A DNA stretch of 64,000 nt, taken from the IMG/VR virus record IMGVR_UViG_3300037089_000505, positions 32,001 through 96,000 of that record. One strand, 5' to 3'. The DNA comes from a virus. Position numbers and translations under genes: made by a program. The notes under the pieces were generated by a model. That model did no database searches. It was given only the letters and a program-made list of their open reading frames with translations, and was not told where the DNA came from. The stretch's first letter is position 1; every line of letters starts with the position of its first letter. Below are positions 31,931-42,299 of the stretch, one piece after another.

Positions 31931-32440
31931 ATGAGCCCCGCTATTTTTATTATAGCCCTGTCCCTTGGGAGATCACCTGCCCTTGTCGCCCAGATTTATA
32001 ACTCCACTCCGGCAAATCCAGTGCTCGCCTGTGCCACTGTGGAGTGGGAGTCACGGTTCAGTTGGGATGCTATTCACCGCAACCCTGATGGTTCCCACGA
32101 CTGGAGATATTGGCAAATCTGCGATAAGTGGCACAATCCATATGCCTATGATGTTAAGAAACACATCAAGGCGGGTGGACAAATCATGATGGACGACTTG
32201 ACAAGAGCTCACGGTAATATACTAACAGCATTGCATTATTGGAACGCTGGCAAGAATTATCCTGCTCACGTTCTCGCTATTTACTATAAGCTGAAGACGG
32301 CGTTAGTAGCTCTTGAAATGTCTCCGCCGCTTGAGGCCCAAACGAGATTGGCATTTTTTGAAAAAGACAACAGCTCATTGCTTGAGCAAATTTTGCTTTT
32401 TGACAACCGAAAAAAGATGAAGGAGATTAAAATAACATGA
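31931..32440 (+). CDS. lytic transglycosylase-like (SLT fold) protein
   Basis: ES.F...A...N.DGS.D...WQI, AL..WNAG; GGGAGG SD. Confidence 0.7.
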   Translation: MSPAIFIIALSLGRSPALVAQIYNSTPANPVLACATVEWESRFSWDAIHRNPDGSHDWRYWQICDKWHNPYAYDVKKHIKAGGQIMMDDLTRAHGNILTALHYWNAGKNYPAHVLAIYYKLKTALVALEMSPPLEAQTRLAFFEKDNSSLLEQILLFDNRKKMKEIKIT

Positions 32441-33276
32441 GAGCTAATGAATAGCTTTGGAGCGCAATTATTCTATTAATTGTTATGGCTATAATTGGCG
32501 GCTTCATTCTACTAGTCGTAAACATACCGCAACCAAAAGAATTTAAATTCACTGTCAATCTACTCTCTATGAAGAACGTTCGGTCTTTGCGGGGAGATGC
32601 GGCTGGATTTTTACTTTGGAGCGGCAAGATCGGGGAAGAAGAATTCCTTTACGCTTGGGCAAAGAAGCCTAACTCAAATGAAATTTTTCGCATGGTCATC
32701 CCCATAAGATGTGCAAGAATTCTAATGGATGACGATGAAAATCCGCACATGGATGGTACATATTCTTTCTATCGTGAAGTTCATCCTAGCGAGATTAGGG
32801 AGTCTTGGACTCAAGCAATTCTCCACGTTCCTCACAACACTATCGTTTCAATCTATAATTTGGAGAACTAACAATGTGGTGGTTTTGGCTTGTCCTTCTA
32901 ATATGGGGAGCTGCAGGAGCTTCAGGGTTTATTGTCCTCCTTATGGAAGCTAGCGATAATGGCGATGACATTAGCAGTCTTGGTCTATTTGCGTTTCTGT
33001 TCTTTGCCGTCATAGGTCCTTTTGTTTGGTTGATAGTATGGCGGTATGACTCTATTAAAAAGAGAGAGGCAAGGCATAAATAAAAATGAACATGAAAAGC
33101 GACAAAGAATTACTTCATGAAACTTATGAGCTTCTAACTAAAATGCGAGACGCTCATGACAGAGCTCTCAAGGGTTGGCAAGATGCTATTGCTTTAGCGC
33201 AAAAATATGCATTAGAAGTGGGTAGACTAGAAAAAGAAGTAGAGATCTTAAAGACCGGAAGTAAAAATTAGCAAAA

Positions 33277-33504
33277 ATGGATAAGCGAGAAGTTATTGAT
33301 TTGCTGAAAGGTTGTGTAATGAAAGTAAGAGTTTTAAGTTCTACGAGTCCAGAGGACTTAGAAGACACAATCAACGATTTTCTTGCTAATTGTCACGAGA
33401 CGACAATAGTTGACATAAAATTCAGCACATTTCCAAGCGAGGGACAGCACCTCAGAGAAGCTGAATACTCTGCATTGATAATTTATAAGGAGATTCAAAA
33501 ATGA
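33277..33504 (+). CDS. Cse60/DUF2758-like small protein
   Basis: MKVRVL....EDLE..INDFL......VDIKF.....YSALIIY. Confidence 0.6.
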   Translation: MDKREVIDLLKGCVMKVRVLSSTSPEDLEDTINDFLANCHETTIVDIKFSTFPSEGQHLREAEYSALIIYKEIQK

Positions 33505-33782
33505 AAGGTGTTCACAAAACGCACTATACATTAGACGGCGAAATTGTAGAGCGCGACATTATGTTAGACGATTATGATCGTAGGTTTGTTATGCACAATG
33601 CATCTAGCGTCACTATTGACGTTGCAAATGATGTGCCCAAATTCTATGACTATAAATCAGGCCGGACAATATCTTTGGCGAGAGCCATTCTTGAGAACCG
33701 CCGAAAGCTTATTCGGAAACCGAGGGTCACAACAAAAAATGGCGACCCATACGATTTGAGAATCGAAAATCTAAACTTTTAG
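33501..33782 (+). CDS. degenerate HNH-endonuclease-like protein
   Basis: LARAIL...VTTKNGDPYDLRIENL versus canonical LHR.I...VDHINGN.LDNR.ENL. Confidence 0.5.
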   Translation: MKGVHKTHYTLDGEIVERDIMLDDYDRRFVMHNASSVTIDVANDVPKFYDYKSGRTISLARAILENRRKLIRKPRVTTKNGDPYDLRIENLNF

Positions 33783-33790
33783 GAGGAGCC

Positions 33791-34063
33791 ATGAAGTTAG
33801 TCAAAACAAGTATTGCTGTTGCAGTAATGCTACTGTTGGCGACAGCTGTCTTTGCACAGAGCACTGTCGTTCTCAGAATCAACAACAATACAGTATTCAG
33901 TGTCAATATTTATATTGACGATATTTTTGTGGGAGTTATAAGCCCATACAGTTATTCTTTTGCCAGAGTTCCGTATGGAAGCCACGTAGTATACGCTACG
34001 GCACCTGGAACCAGTATTACTTGGGGTCCGTCAGTAATCTATGATCAGGGAATATACACCTGA
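33791..34063 (+). CDS. exported PEGA-like beta-sandwich protein
   Basis: signal peptide (VFA|Q), N.T...V.IY.D....G...P...V..G.H...A....WGP. Confidence 0.7.
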   Translation: MKLVKTSIAVAVMLLLATAVFAQSTVVLRINNNTVFSVNIYIDDIFVGVISPYSYSFARVPYGSHVVYATAPGTSITWGPSVIYDQGIYT

Positions 34064-34136
34064 CCTTGAACTTGAATCCATAACATAGTAACGCTAGCAG
34101 CGTTACTATTCACTTTAACGTTAGAAAGGACTTGGA

Positions 34137-34601
34137 ATGATCTTATTCTATCTTGGTGGGCTGTGGGTAATCGCAATGGTAGGCTGCCTCGTTGTAGACC
34201 TAAAGAAGGAAGAGCTGGTGAAGACCAAGAATTCACCTACGTTTTGGGTCGGTCTATGTGGTGGAGCAGGCGTGATTCTAATTGGAATCTTAGTTTGTGC
34301 TCATAGCGTAGCGATACCTGAAAGCAAATACTTACTAAGCGAAGACTCGAAAATGACTTTGCAAAACTCACAGCTCCAAGTCCTCCCTCAGACTAGCGAT
34401 ACAAACGTATTTCATTTAGCGGTTCAAACTCCGAACGGATTTGAATATTTAAATCAAACAATAAATAGTGTTTCATTTGAGGGAGACACTATAATCCTCG
34501 AAAAAATAGTAAAGCGAGTGGACTGGAAATTCTTTAATTTGGGTTTCAGCAAAGTTACTTACAACTTAATTCTTCCTATCCGAACTGTAAGAGCATGGTG
34601 A
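34137..34601 (+). CDS. 2-TM membrane protein, paralog of 38567-39037 and 62416-62826
   Basis: C-terminal L.K....W.FN.G....(Y/W)NL.LP. Confidence 0.65.
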   Translation: MILFYLGGLWVIAMVGCLVVDLKKEELVKTKNSPTFWVGLCGGAGVILIGILVCAHSVAIPESKYLLSEDSKMTLQNSQLQVLPQTSDTNVFHLAVQTPNGFEYLNQTINSVSFEGDTIILEKIVKRVDWKFFNLGFSKVTYNLILPIRTVRAW

Positions 34602-34751
34602 CAACATGGGAAAGAAGACACAGATGGCCGAACTACAAGAACGCATAGCGCAGGAATTGCGAGAAACTTTTCCAGAGCATTTCGGCGGACATGGGGCATG
34701 TGCAATTCGGATCTTATCTATGATAAAACAAAGCTACGTGAAAGGATCTGA

Positions 34752-35543
34752 ATGAAATATACAATCGTCCTATTTTTCTTTTTTTGTGCGTCAATAGTTT
34801 TTGCTCAAGATGGCCCACTACCAACAGCCTTACCAGCTGATAGAGAAATAATTCCTATTTTAATCTATCACGCAATCCGTCCAGTAAGACCCACTGACAC
34901 GCCCTTTGTATTGAATTACGTTTGCACACCTGAAACCCTAGAAAAAGAATTGTCCTTCTTAAAAGCGGCCGGATACACTTCAATAAGTTTTGCCGATTTA
35001 GTAGCACACTTTAAAAGCGACAAGCCTTTACCAAAAAGCCCAATCATCATTTCTTTTGATGACTCATGGGAAGATCAATATACATACGGCGTTCCTCTTC
35101 TAATAAAGTATGGATTCAAGGCCACTTTCTTTATTATTGCCGGCGCTATGGGCGCTCCATATTACATGACTTGGGATGAAGTAAAAATGCTAAGTTCTAT
35201 GGGAATGGAAATTGGCGGTCATACTTGGTCTCATCCTTACCTCGTACAAATTCGCAGACTTCCAGTTTTAGATAAAGAACTTGTATATTCGAAGAAAGTT
35301 CTTGAGGACCAGATTGGAAAACCAATTACTGCTTTTGCTTATCCGTATGGACTTTACAACGATGTGCTAATAAATCTACTCAAGAAAGCCGGATACACAA
35401 GCGCTCGAACTACTTATCCAGGCATTGCTCATTCTGAAAAGGATCTGTTCAATCTCACTGGTCTTATCAGGACTGAGAATATGGCATACTTCACTAATGA
35501 CTTGAATGAGTATTTTAGTGAATACGAGGACATCGCGAAATAG
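34752..35543 (+). CDS. exported polysaccharide deacetylase (CE4, PgaB/IcaB-like)
   Basis: signal peptide; PILIYH, ISFDD, ATFF, EIGGHTWSHP, FAYPYG. Confidence 0.9.
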   Translation: MKYTIVLFFFFCASIVFAQDGPLPTALPADREIIPILIYHAIRPVRPTDTPFVLNYVCTPETLEKELSFLKAAGYTSISFADLVAHFKSDKPLPKSPIIISFDDSWEDQYTYGVPLLIKYGFKATFFIIAGAMGAPYYMTWDEVKMLSSMGMEIGGHTWSHPYLVQIRRLPVLDKELVYSKKVLEDQIGKPITAFAYPYGLYNDVLINLLKKAGYTSARTTYPGIAHSEKDLFNLTGLIRTENMAYFTNDLNEYFSEYEDIAK

Positions 35544-35555
35544 GAGGGTAAGGGT

Positions 35556-35993
35556 ATGTTTTTCACCGCAGCTCTTTGGATGTTGATCTTGGGCAAGATT
35601 GGCGGGATTTTTCTCGCAGCGGCAATCTTGTCTTCTGCCACCGCTATTATCGCCGGAATTTTCTGGGCCGTCAATGCCTATGAATCAGAAGACGATAACC
35701 AAAAAGAAGGCGATACAAACTTTGATTGGAAAGTCAAGTCTAAAAAGATTTGCACTTCCTGGCTTGTCGTAGCAATCATCAGCATTTTCATTACGACATT
35801 TACCCCCTCTACAAAGGAATTGATCCTTTTAGCCACCTTCAAAGGCGTCGATCAGTATAACACAACTCATCCCAATTCCTTGATTTCTGTCAATGGAATT
35901 GTGGGAACAGCCGATGACGTCATGAAGGTTTTCCAGGATTCACTCACTAAGGTGGAGCAGATGATCAATCCGCCGCCAGCTCCTGCAAAATAA
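35556..35993 (+). CDS. membrane protein
   Basis: 2 TM segments, PS.KE motif. Confidence 0.65.
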   Translation: MFFTAALWMLILGKIGGIFLAAAILSSATAIIAGIFWAVNAYESEDDNQKEGDTNFDWKVKSKKICTSWLVVAIISIFITTFTPSTKELILLATFKGVDQYNTTHPNSLISVNGIVGTADDVMKVFQDSLTKVEQMINPPPAPAK

Positions 35994-36005
35994 TTCGGAG
36001 GCAAC

Positions 36006-36539
36006 ATGAAACGATTTGCTATTCTCATAAGTGTTCTTATGCTCGGCATTATATTGCCGCTCGCTGCCCAAAGCAATGTAGGACAGCTATGGGTAAGAAA
36101 CCATTCCTCTTACGTAATCAACTTCTACCTTGATGGCAACTTCATTGGCAGTCTAGTGCCTCTAACAGAATCAAAACTTCCAGTTAGCGTAGGCACTCAT
36201 ACTATTTCTGGAGTCGCCGCTAACAACTCAAACTCTACTTGGGGTCCTAGTCAATTCGTTATGACTGAAAACGGTTATGTTGAAAACTACTGGGACAGCA
36301 ATGTAGCAGTGCCACAAATGACTTGGTTTAAGATCATTAACAAAACTAATCATACGCTGAACATTGATCTTGACGGTCGAACACTTCCTGGCACTGCTGC
36401 TCCCAACTCAGAAACGGTAATCAATCTTTCAGTGGGCAGTCACACAATAACTGCTACTGCTGACGGCTTGAGGTGGGGTCCATTCACTTTCTATGACACT
36501 AGTAGCGGATGGGATTGGACGCTTACACAAACAAACTAA
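36006..36539 (+). CDS. exported protein with two PEGA-like 'WGP' domains
   Basis: signal peptide; tandem N.(S/T)...LDG...G...P..E....SVG.HTI...A...WGP. Confidence 0.75.
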   Translation: MKRFAILISVLMLGIILPLAAQSNVGQLWVRNHSSYVINFYLDGNFIGSLVPLTESKLPVSVGTHTISGVAANNSNSTWGPSQFVMTENGYVENYWDSNVAVPQMTWFKIINKTNHTLNIDLDGRTLPGTAAPNSETVINLSVGSHTITATADGLRWGPFTFYDTSSGWDWTLTQTN

Positions 36540-36548
36540 GGAGATGAA

Positions 36549-36893
36549 ATGAGACTTATACCTAAACTTATACCTATTCTTCTATTGGTGCTTCTGCCGG
36601 TGTTTGCCTTTACGCAGACAAACAGCATGCCGGCACCTGCAGTAATTCCTCCAGTAGCAATGCCAATAATCACGACGGCGCCTTCAGCAACGACTGTTAA
36701 TGTGATTAACCGCACGACATTTGAATTGACTATTCTCGTGGACCATGTTTCAGTAGGAACATTGGCCCCACAGAGACAGGCAAATGTTATTGTATCTGAA
36801 GACGTTCATGTGTGGACGGCTACCAACGATAAGGGCCAGACCTGGGGTCCTATCACGATGGAAGGTCCTCACGTTTGGAATCTTGTACCATAA
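36549..36893 (+). CDS. exported PEGA-like 'WGP' domain protein
   Basis: signal peptide, Pro-rich linker, INRT...VD...GTLAP...H...A....WGP. Confidence 0.7.
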   Translation: MRLIPKLIPILLLVLLPVFAFTQTNSMPAPAVIPPVAMPIITTAPSATTVNVINRTTFELTILVDHVSVGTLAPQRQANVIVSEDVHVWTATNDKGQTWGPITMEGPHVWNLVP

Positions 36894-36937
36894 TCGGCGG
36901 TGCCGATTTCTCTAATTCTTTTTTGGAGGTCTCTATA

Positions 36938-37723
36938 ATGAAGAGATTTTTGATTATCGCTCTTGTCGTCTTGAGCATTGTATTGCCCACGGCGACATTC
37001 GCACAGCAGATGGCACCAGCAACGCCGATTGCCCCCGAGACGCCGCAGGCACCTCCTGCAACTATCGGACCTTCACAGCCGATTGCACCAGCACCAGCAC
37101 CAGCGCCAGTCGTTATCATTCCGTCTTGGACCAACAAGGACTTCTGGGTAGGCACATCATTTGACTTGGGCTTGCCATATACTGGCTTCGTAGTAACGGC
37201 AAATCAGAACCTTAGTAATACTCCGATCCTTGGTTGCAGCGTCTCGCCATTTACCTTTGATGGTATTTTGAATCTTGACCTTGGATACACTCCTATCAAG
37301 CTTGATACCTTTCATCTTGGTGGAATGATTCGACTGTCTGGAGCTCTTTCTTTTACATACATTGGATCTCGATCTGGTTGGGATGGCTATTATTACGGTA
37401 ATGATACTGTAAGTGAATACGCACTTACAAGCTGGTTTGCAATTTCACCTATGATTGCTGGCCGTATTCAACTTGCCGGAAATTCTACGCTTGTTCTAGC
37501 TTTTGGAGCTTCATATTATTCATATGGCGATTATGAGGTAATATTTTCTGATACTGCTGGTGATCCAGCTTTTAACCAGAGCGCATCAGCTCCTACAACT
37601 GGGGCGATAGGCGCCAGTGGATGGAAACCTGCTGCATTACTTCAGTTAGTTGAAGGAAGCTTTACTACTGAGCTTGGTCTTACCGGACCAGACTTCTACG
37701 TCGGCTGCGGATACGCTTTTTAA
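36938..37723 (+). CDS. exported, probable outer-membrane beta-barrel protein
   Basis: signal peptide (TFA|Q), Pro/Ala linker, alternating hydrophobic strands, ends FYVGCGYAF. Confidence 0.6.
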   Translation: MKRFLIIALVVLSIVLPTATFAQQMAPATPIAPETPQAPPATIGPSQPIAPAPAPAPVVIIPSWTNKDFWVGTSFDLGLPYTGFVVTANQNLSNTPILGCSVSPFTFDGILNLDLGYTPIKLDTFHLGGMIRLSGALSFTYIGSRSGWDGYYYGNDTVSEYALTSWFAISPMIAGRIQLAGNSTLVLAFGASYYSYGDYEVIFSDTAGDPAFNQSASAPTTGAIGASGWKPAALLQLVEGSFTTELGLTGPDFYVGCGYAF

Positions 37724-37740
37724 GTTCTTTCGATTTTCTT

Positions 37741-37768
37741 AGGCAGGGCCAAAAACCCTGCCTTTGTT
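37741..37768 (+). terminator. intrinsic terminator
   Basis: AGGCAGGG-ccaaaaa-CCCTGCCT followed by TTGTT. Confidence 0.7.
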
Positions 37769-37789
37769 GCGTGAAAAGAGGATCTCTAA

Positions 37790-38563
37790 ATGTTAGGATT
37801 ATTCTTGGCCCTTAATCTAACCTTAATGCCACCAAACGTAAATCTCTTTGATTATAACAGTCCTTTAGTAAGTGGAGATTATGCCAGTAGCTTAGTAGAA
37901 GATATCAATCTTGAAGCACAAATCAGATTGTTCAACTTTCTTTACGTAGGAGGAAGTGTAGGGACTATTACACACGACGAATCTCTTAGTGCATTTAATT
38001 TTGTCCCTACGTATGAGAAATATACTTTCGATGCTGGAATTGATTATGTAAATCCGACTGATAAGAAAGCTGGATTTAAGTTCGGTTGGATTCATGAATG
38101 TATTCATCCTACAAACATCTATAAAACTGGTGGCGGCACATATGAGGGTTCATATGATTTACTTTTCACAAACATCTATGACCATAAAGGACCATTTGAT
38201 CTTGGCTTTGAAGAAGGCCTGTATCTGAATTACGGCTTTGAAGATTACTCATATTCTACTGTAATAGATCCTCGTCCACTTATGTTTACTGGCTCCTATC
38301 AAAAAATTCATCTTGATCCTTTCTATTTAGCCTTTGACGAAAAGGTTTATCTGCATGAAGTAGCAGCTCATGAGGATGTTTGGAAAAGTCTTTATTCTAC
38401 CTTTCAGGCTGAAGCCGGCATAGATCTTAATGATATGGTATTTGGGGTTAGATGGAACAACGTAGATCCATTAGCTCCTTTACTTTGGGCTGAAGGTGTC
38501 CAGATTACCACAAAAGGATACTTCAGTGTCTTTATGACCTTCAAACTTGAAACAGAGAGGTGA
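37790..38563 (+). CDS. probable beta-barrel/envelope protein
   Basis: aromatic/Gly-rich strands, Y.F.AG, GW.H.C.HP motif. Confidence 0.5.
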   Translation: MLGLFLALNLTLMPPNVNLFDYNSPLVSGDYASSLVEDINLEAQIRLFNFLYVGGSVGTITHDESLSAFNFVPTYEKYTFDAGIDYVNPTDKKAGFKFGWIHECIHPTNIYKTGGGTYEGSYDLLFTNIYDHKGPFDLGFEEGLYLNYGFEDYSYSTVIDPRPLMFTGSYQKIHLDPFYLAFDEKVYLHEVAAHEDVWKSLYSTFQAEAGIDLNDMVFGVRWNNVDPLAPLLWAEGVQITTKGYFSVFMTFKLETER

Positions 38564-38566
38564 AAC

Positions 38567-39037
38567 ATGTGGTTTCTGATTGCTTGGCTGATAGCTTGGT
38601 TTTTCATTGCCATTGCTGTTGGTTGGACTGATGAAGCATTTAGTGGCGTCGCTACTTTCTTTCTCGGCGGCGTAGTTCTGGGACTTTTTGTCGTCCTTGG
38701 AGTTCTTATAGGCACTGAGTCCATCAGCACTAGTAAATATACACTCGTTTCTAACGAGAAGGTCTATTACAGTCGCGATAGCGGTCAGAACGACCAAAGA
38801 ATAAAGATTGTAAAAGGCTCAGACGGGAAAGCTCAACTAATGATAGTGGGAGCTGGAGAACATGAAACCTATCTGGTGTCAAACTGCGGACTACACAGTA
38901 TTACCGTCAGCACAGACAATGAATTCTACCTACAGAAAATTACTCGCCACCTTGAAAGAGGATGGTTCAATTTCGGAAACACAACTGAGGAATGGAATCT
39001 AGTGCTTCCTAAAACATTGGGCCTCGAGATAAACTAA
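38567..39037 (+). CDS. 2-TM membrane protein (paralog family)
   Basis: same C-terminal motif as 34137-34601. Confidence 0.65.
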   Translation: MWFLIAWLIAWFFIAIAVGWTDEAFSGVATFFLGGVVLGLFVVLGVLIGTESISTSKYTLVSNEKVYYSRDSGQNDQRIKIVKGSDGKAQLMIVGAGEHETYLVSNCGLHSITVSTDNEFYLQKITRHLERGWFNFGNTTEEWNLVLPKTLGLEIN

Positions 39038-39212
39038 AAATGAAGTGTCCTGACTGTAAAGGCGAATGTGGAGAATATGAGGCTGTCTTGTATAAAGGAG
39101 CTGGAGGCGGCCCGTGGAACATGTGCGACTTCTGTGAAGGCAATGGGACAGTATCATTCTTTCAATGGCTGTCATGGAAGTGCTCTGTTCTTTTCGAAAA
39201 TATAAGAAAAAG

Positions 39213-39653
39213 ATGAAAACATTTTTAGTCATAACCATCTTTTTGATTTGTGCTATTATGACAAGTTTTGGACAAGTGAAAGATTTGGTAATGGCCTCTG
39301 AAAAACTTTGGGGACAACCAAAGGAAACTATAATCCAGAACTTACACCATCTTGCTGAAGAAAGAACACAGCTCGTAAATAACACATTGCTTGATGTGGT
39401 AACTTACTTATCAGGTGATCATAAGTCCACTGATTTGTATTTCAAGGACAACGTGTTGGTTATGATCCAACGTTTCTTTTATGGTCCTAATGACAAATTA
39501 GACCGCTGGATAGAAATTGCGACTAAAGAAATGGGTCCATCAACGAATGATAGTGAAGTTAGCCCGCAATGGATTACAGCTAATTCAATTGTGACTTTAC
39601 GAGAAGCACGAGGTAGTTATGTTCTTTTGGAGATCAAAGGAAAAAATCTATGA
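39213..39653 (+). CDS. exported hypothetical protein
   Basis: signal peptide (SFG|Q); WG motif as in 42300-42746. Confidence 0.55.
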   Translation: MKTFLVITIFLICAIMTSFGQVKDLVMASEKLWGQPKETIIQNLHHLAEERTQLVNNTLLDVVTYLSGDHKSTDLYFKDNVLVMIQRFFYGPNDKLDRWIEIATKEMGPSTNDSEVSPQWITANSIVTLREARGSYVLLEIKGKNL

Positions 39654-40261
39654 AGCCAAAAAATAAAACATACCTGATGATTTACTTGGCTCACGAAGAT
39701 GACGGTTATCAAATCAAGCGAGTGACTGGCGAACAAATTCGCCAAGAAGTAAAGAAGGGTAATCAAGAATTCACTTTGATTGATGGCATCATTTTGAAAT
39801 CAGAGCATAACAAAATAGACGTCACAAATCTATGAAACTACGAGTAGGGTATGACGGAACAAGATACACGGTACAGTATAAGTCTTTCTTGTTCTGGCAC
39901 ATATTGAGAGAAGGTTGGAGAAACTGGCACGACTATTCGTTCTACAAAGATTTTTGTTGGAACGACAAAATGACTTTTGAGACTTTTGAACATGCGTATA
40001 ATGAGGCCGAAACTTTTAAATTCAAGTTTGCTCGTTCTTCTAAAAAGACGGCCTATCATGTATTAGACAAAAACAAAATAGATTGGAGACTACATGGCTG
40101 AATTTCCCCAAGAAACTAAGAAGAGTGATAATTGCAACAACTGCTATCACAGAGACAAAATCGGCGCGGGACCTTTTTGTAAATATCACGCTATGATGGA
40201 AATTAGATTGAATTGGGTTTGCGACCATTGGAAAGAAAGCATTCATAAATAAAGGAGTTTT

Positions 40262-40657
40262 ATGAAAACGTTTTTAATCGCTATTGTAGCGATGTGTGTA
40301 GTGTTGGGTTGTGCAACAGTGAAAAAAGAAGCAGTCCTAATTGATGGCATTCCGTATATTCTACCAGTGCCGCCAGCTGCGCCTGACAATCCGCATCATA
40401 GTGGGCCTGCTGCTACCAATCCTACCAATTCTGATCCTGCGCCAACGCTAACTGTCCCGACAACTGGAGGCGATAATAATGGAGCTGGTGGCAATAGCAA
40501 TACTGGATCAAGCGGCAATAACAATAACAACAACAATGGATCAGGCAGTAACAAAGACCATCCAGATAAAAGCAAAAATCACGACAACGGCCATCACAGC
40601 AAAGATAAGGATCACGACAGTCATCGCGGCGAATCCAAACGTGGTCGCCACAGATAA
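40262..40657 (+). CDS. low-complexity lipoprotein (Pro, Asn/Gly, His/Asp/Lys tracts)
   Basis: lipobox VLGC; AAGGAG SD. Confidence 0.7.
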   Translation: MKTFLIAIVAMCVVLGCATVKKEAVLIDGIPYILPVPPAAPDNPHHSGPAATNPTNSDPAPTLTVPTTGGDNNGAGGNSNTGSSGNNNNNNNGSGSNKDHPDKSKNHDNGHHSKDKDHDSHRGESKRGRHR

Positions 40658-40678
40658 GATAATTGCTGGAGGCAAAAT

Positions 40679-41113
40679 ATGAAAAAACTAGCCCTCGTTT
40701 TAATAGCATCTCTTTTTGTATTACTCGCAGGATGTCTTCTACCTAATTTTCCATATGCATTTTACGTAACTGATCAAACAGTAATAACTCCTGCACCTGT
40801 ACCCACAGCAGCTCCCGCGGGAGATAATTGGGTTTATGCTCCTGATTATGGTTGGGTATATTGGGACAACTCTTGGGTATATTTGAATGACAGTTGGGTT
40901 TATTGGCCAGCTTTTGATTTCAATGTCTATCAATATTACAGAGTTCATCCCTTTCTTCAGTACCATCATTACTATGGTGGACATCAAATAAATAGAAGCT
41001 ATATACCCGAACAGGATAGCCGCGGCACATCGAGACGGTGTGGGGCGTGGCGAAGACAACACCCAGGATTTAAGCCACACAATTGGTCGCCAAGACCTCA
41101 TCAGGGACGCTAA
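40679..41113 (+). CDS. lipoprotein with repeated WVY motif
   Basis: lipobox LAGC; WVY x4. Confidence 0.7.
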   Translation: MKKLALVLIASLFVLLAGCLLPNFPYAFYVTDQTVITPAPVPTAAPAGDNWVYAPDYGWVYWDNSWVYLNDSWVYWPAFDFNVYQYYRVHPFLQYHHYYGGHQINRSYIPEQDSRGTSRRCGAWRRQHPGFKPHNWSPRPHQGR

Positions 41114-41124
41114 AGGAGTATAAT

Positions 41125-41334
41125 ATGAGTTGGGGAATTGCAATTGTTCTTTGGTTTGTGTTTGGTTTTATAGGCTACCTTATCGGTAACCCAAAAAATC
41201 GACCAGTTCTTGGTTTTGTGCTAGGGTTTCTTTTGGGCATAATCGGAATTATCATCATGATATGCCTTAAGCCGAAGGTATTGACTGTCGATCAGCCACC
41301 CACGGCAGATCAGCCGCCTACTACTGGCGCATAA
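41125..41334 (+). CDS. small 2-TM protein
   Basis: K.R...GF.LGFLLG.IG.II pattern. Confidence 0.7.
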   Translation: MSWGIAIVLWFVFGFIGYLIGNPKNRPVLGFVLGFLLGIIGIIIMICLKPKVLTVDQPPTADQPPTTGA

Positions 41335-41346
41335 CAGGAGTCATAT

Positions 41347-41643
41347 ATGAAATTGAAATTAGGTCTTTTGATTGGGCTGATGGCGATGTTGTTTCTAGCA
41401 AGCTGTGCGACTGTTCCGGTTCACGCTCCAGTCATTCTTCAAGTCAACAACTTCACTCTATTTGCCGTCAGTATTTACGTCGATGACGTTTATCTTGGAA
41501 CGATGCAGCCTTTCACTAAAGACGCTGTCCATATTTCCTACGGCTATCATAAGCTTTTTGGTAAGGCAATCGGAACAAGTCTCGTTTGGGGACCAACTTA
41601 TATTACCGATACTGAAAGCTACAAATGGAATCTTACAGAATAG
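41347..41643 (+). CDS. lipoprotein with PEGA-like 'WGP' domain
   Basis: lipobox LASC; close paralog of 33791. Confidence 0.75.
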   Translation: MKLKLGLLIGLMAMLFLASCATVPVHAPVILQVNNFTLFAVSIYVDDVYLGTMQPFTKDAVHISYGYHKLFGKAIGTSLVWGPTYITDTESYKWNLTE

Positions 41644-41651
41644 GAGATAAT

Positions 41652-42296
41652 ATGAAGAAAATTCTTTTCTTAGCAATAGTGCTAGTTGCGCTTATTCTGC
41701 CAGCTACAGTATTTGCTGCCGATCAATTCATTGATATGTTCATTGGCGGTGGAACTACGGGACTTACTGGAACATATGATGGTTATTATCCTAATGATTT
41801 TGTCAATCACGGACATACAATAAATATTTCTAACTCCACATTTGATTTTGTGTTTGGAGTAGATTATTATTGGGTGCTAAATAAAGAGCACACTTTCTGG
41901 ATGGGAATCGGAAGTACATTATCTATGGCTTATCCAGCCTTAAATAGCGTTTCGCCAGAAACTATATCAATAGATGTTCCGTTTGAATATCTTTTTTCAC
42001 CACACTTCTCAATAGTAGTGAAACCATCTTTACTTGGTATGTGGATGCCAGCGTCGCTAAATAAATTTTCAAGTGCAGACCTAACTGGAATTGGTTTTAG
42101 TATTGCTGCAGGGCCAGCTTATTACTTTGACGAACATGAAAATATAGGCGTCTGCCTATTAGCGGGATATAAATATTTACCCGCAAGTTGTACTGATGAA
42201 ACTGGCAAATATAAGACAACGTTTACTGGTGGCGGACCTTTCGTATCATTATATCTCTCGTTTGAGCTATGGTCAGACGATCAGGTTGAGGAATAA
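41652..42296 (+). CDS. probable outer-membrane beta-barrel protein
   Basis: signal peptide (VFA|A), amphipathic strands (FGVDYY, AGPAYYF, LAGYKY, GPFVSLYLSF). Confidence 0.6.
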   Translation: MKKILFLAIVLVALILPATVFAADQFIDMFIGGGTTGLTGTYDGYYPNDFVNHGHTINISNSTFDFVFGVDYYWVLNKEHTFWMGIGSTLSMAYPALNSVSPETISIDVPFEYLFSPHFSIVVKPSLLGMWMPASLNKFSSADLTGIGFSIAAGPAYYFDEHENIGVCLLAGYKYLPASCTDETGKYKTTFTGGGPFVSLYLSFELWSDDQVEE

Positions 42297-42299
42297 AAT

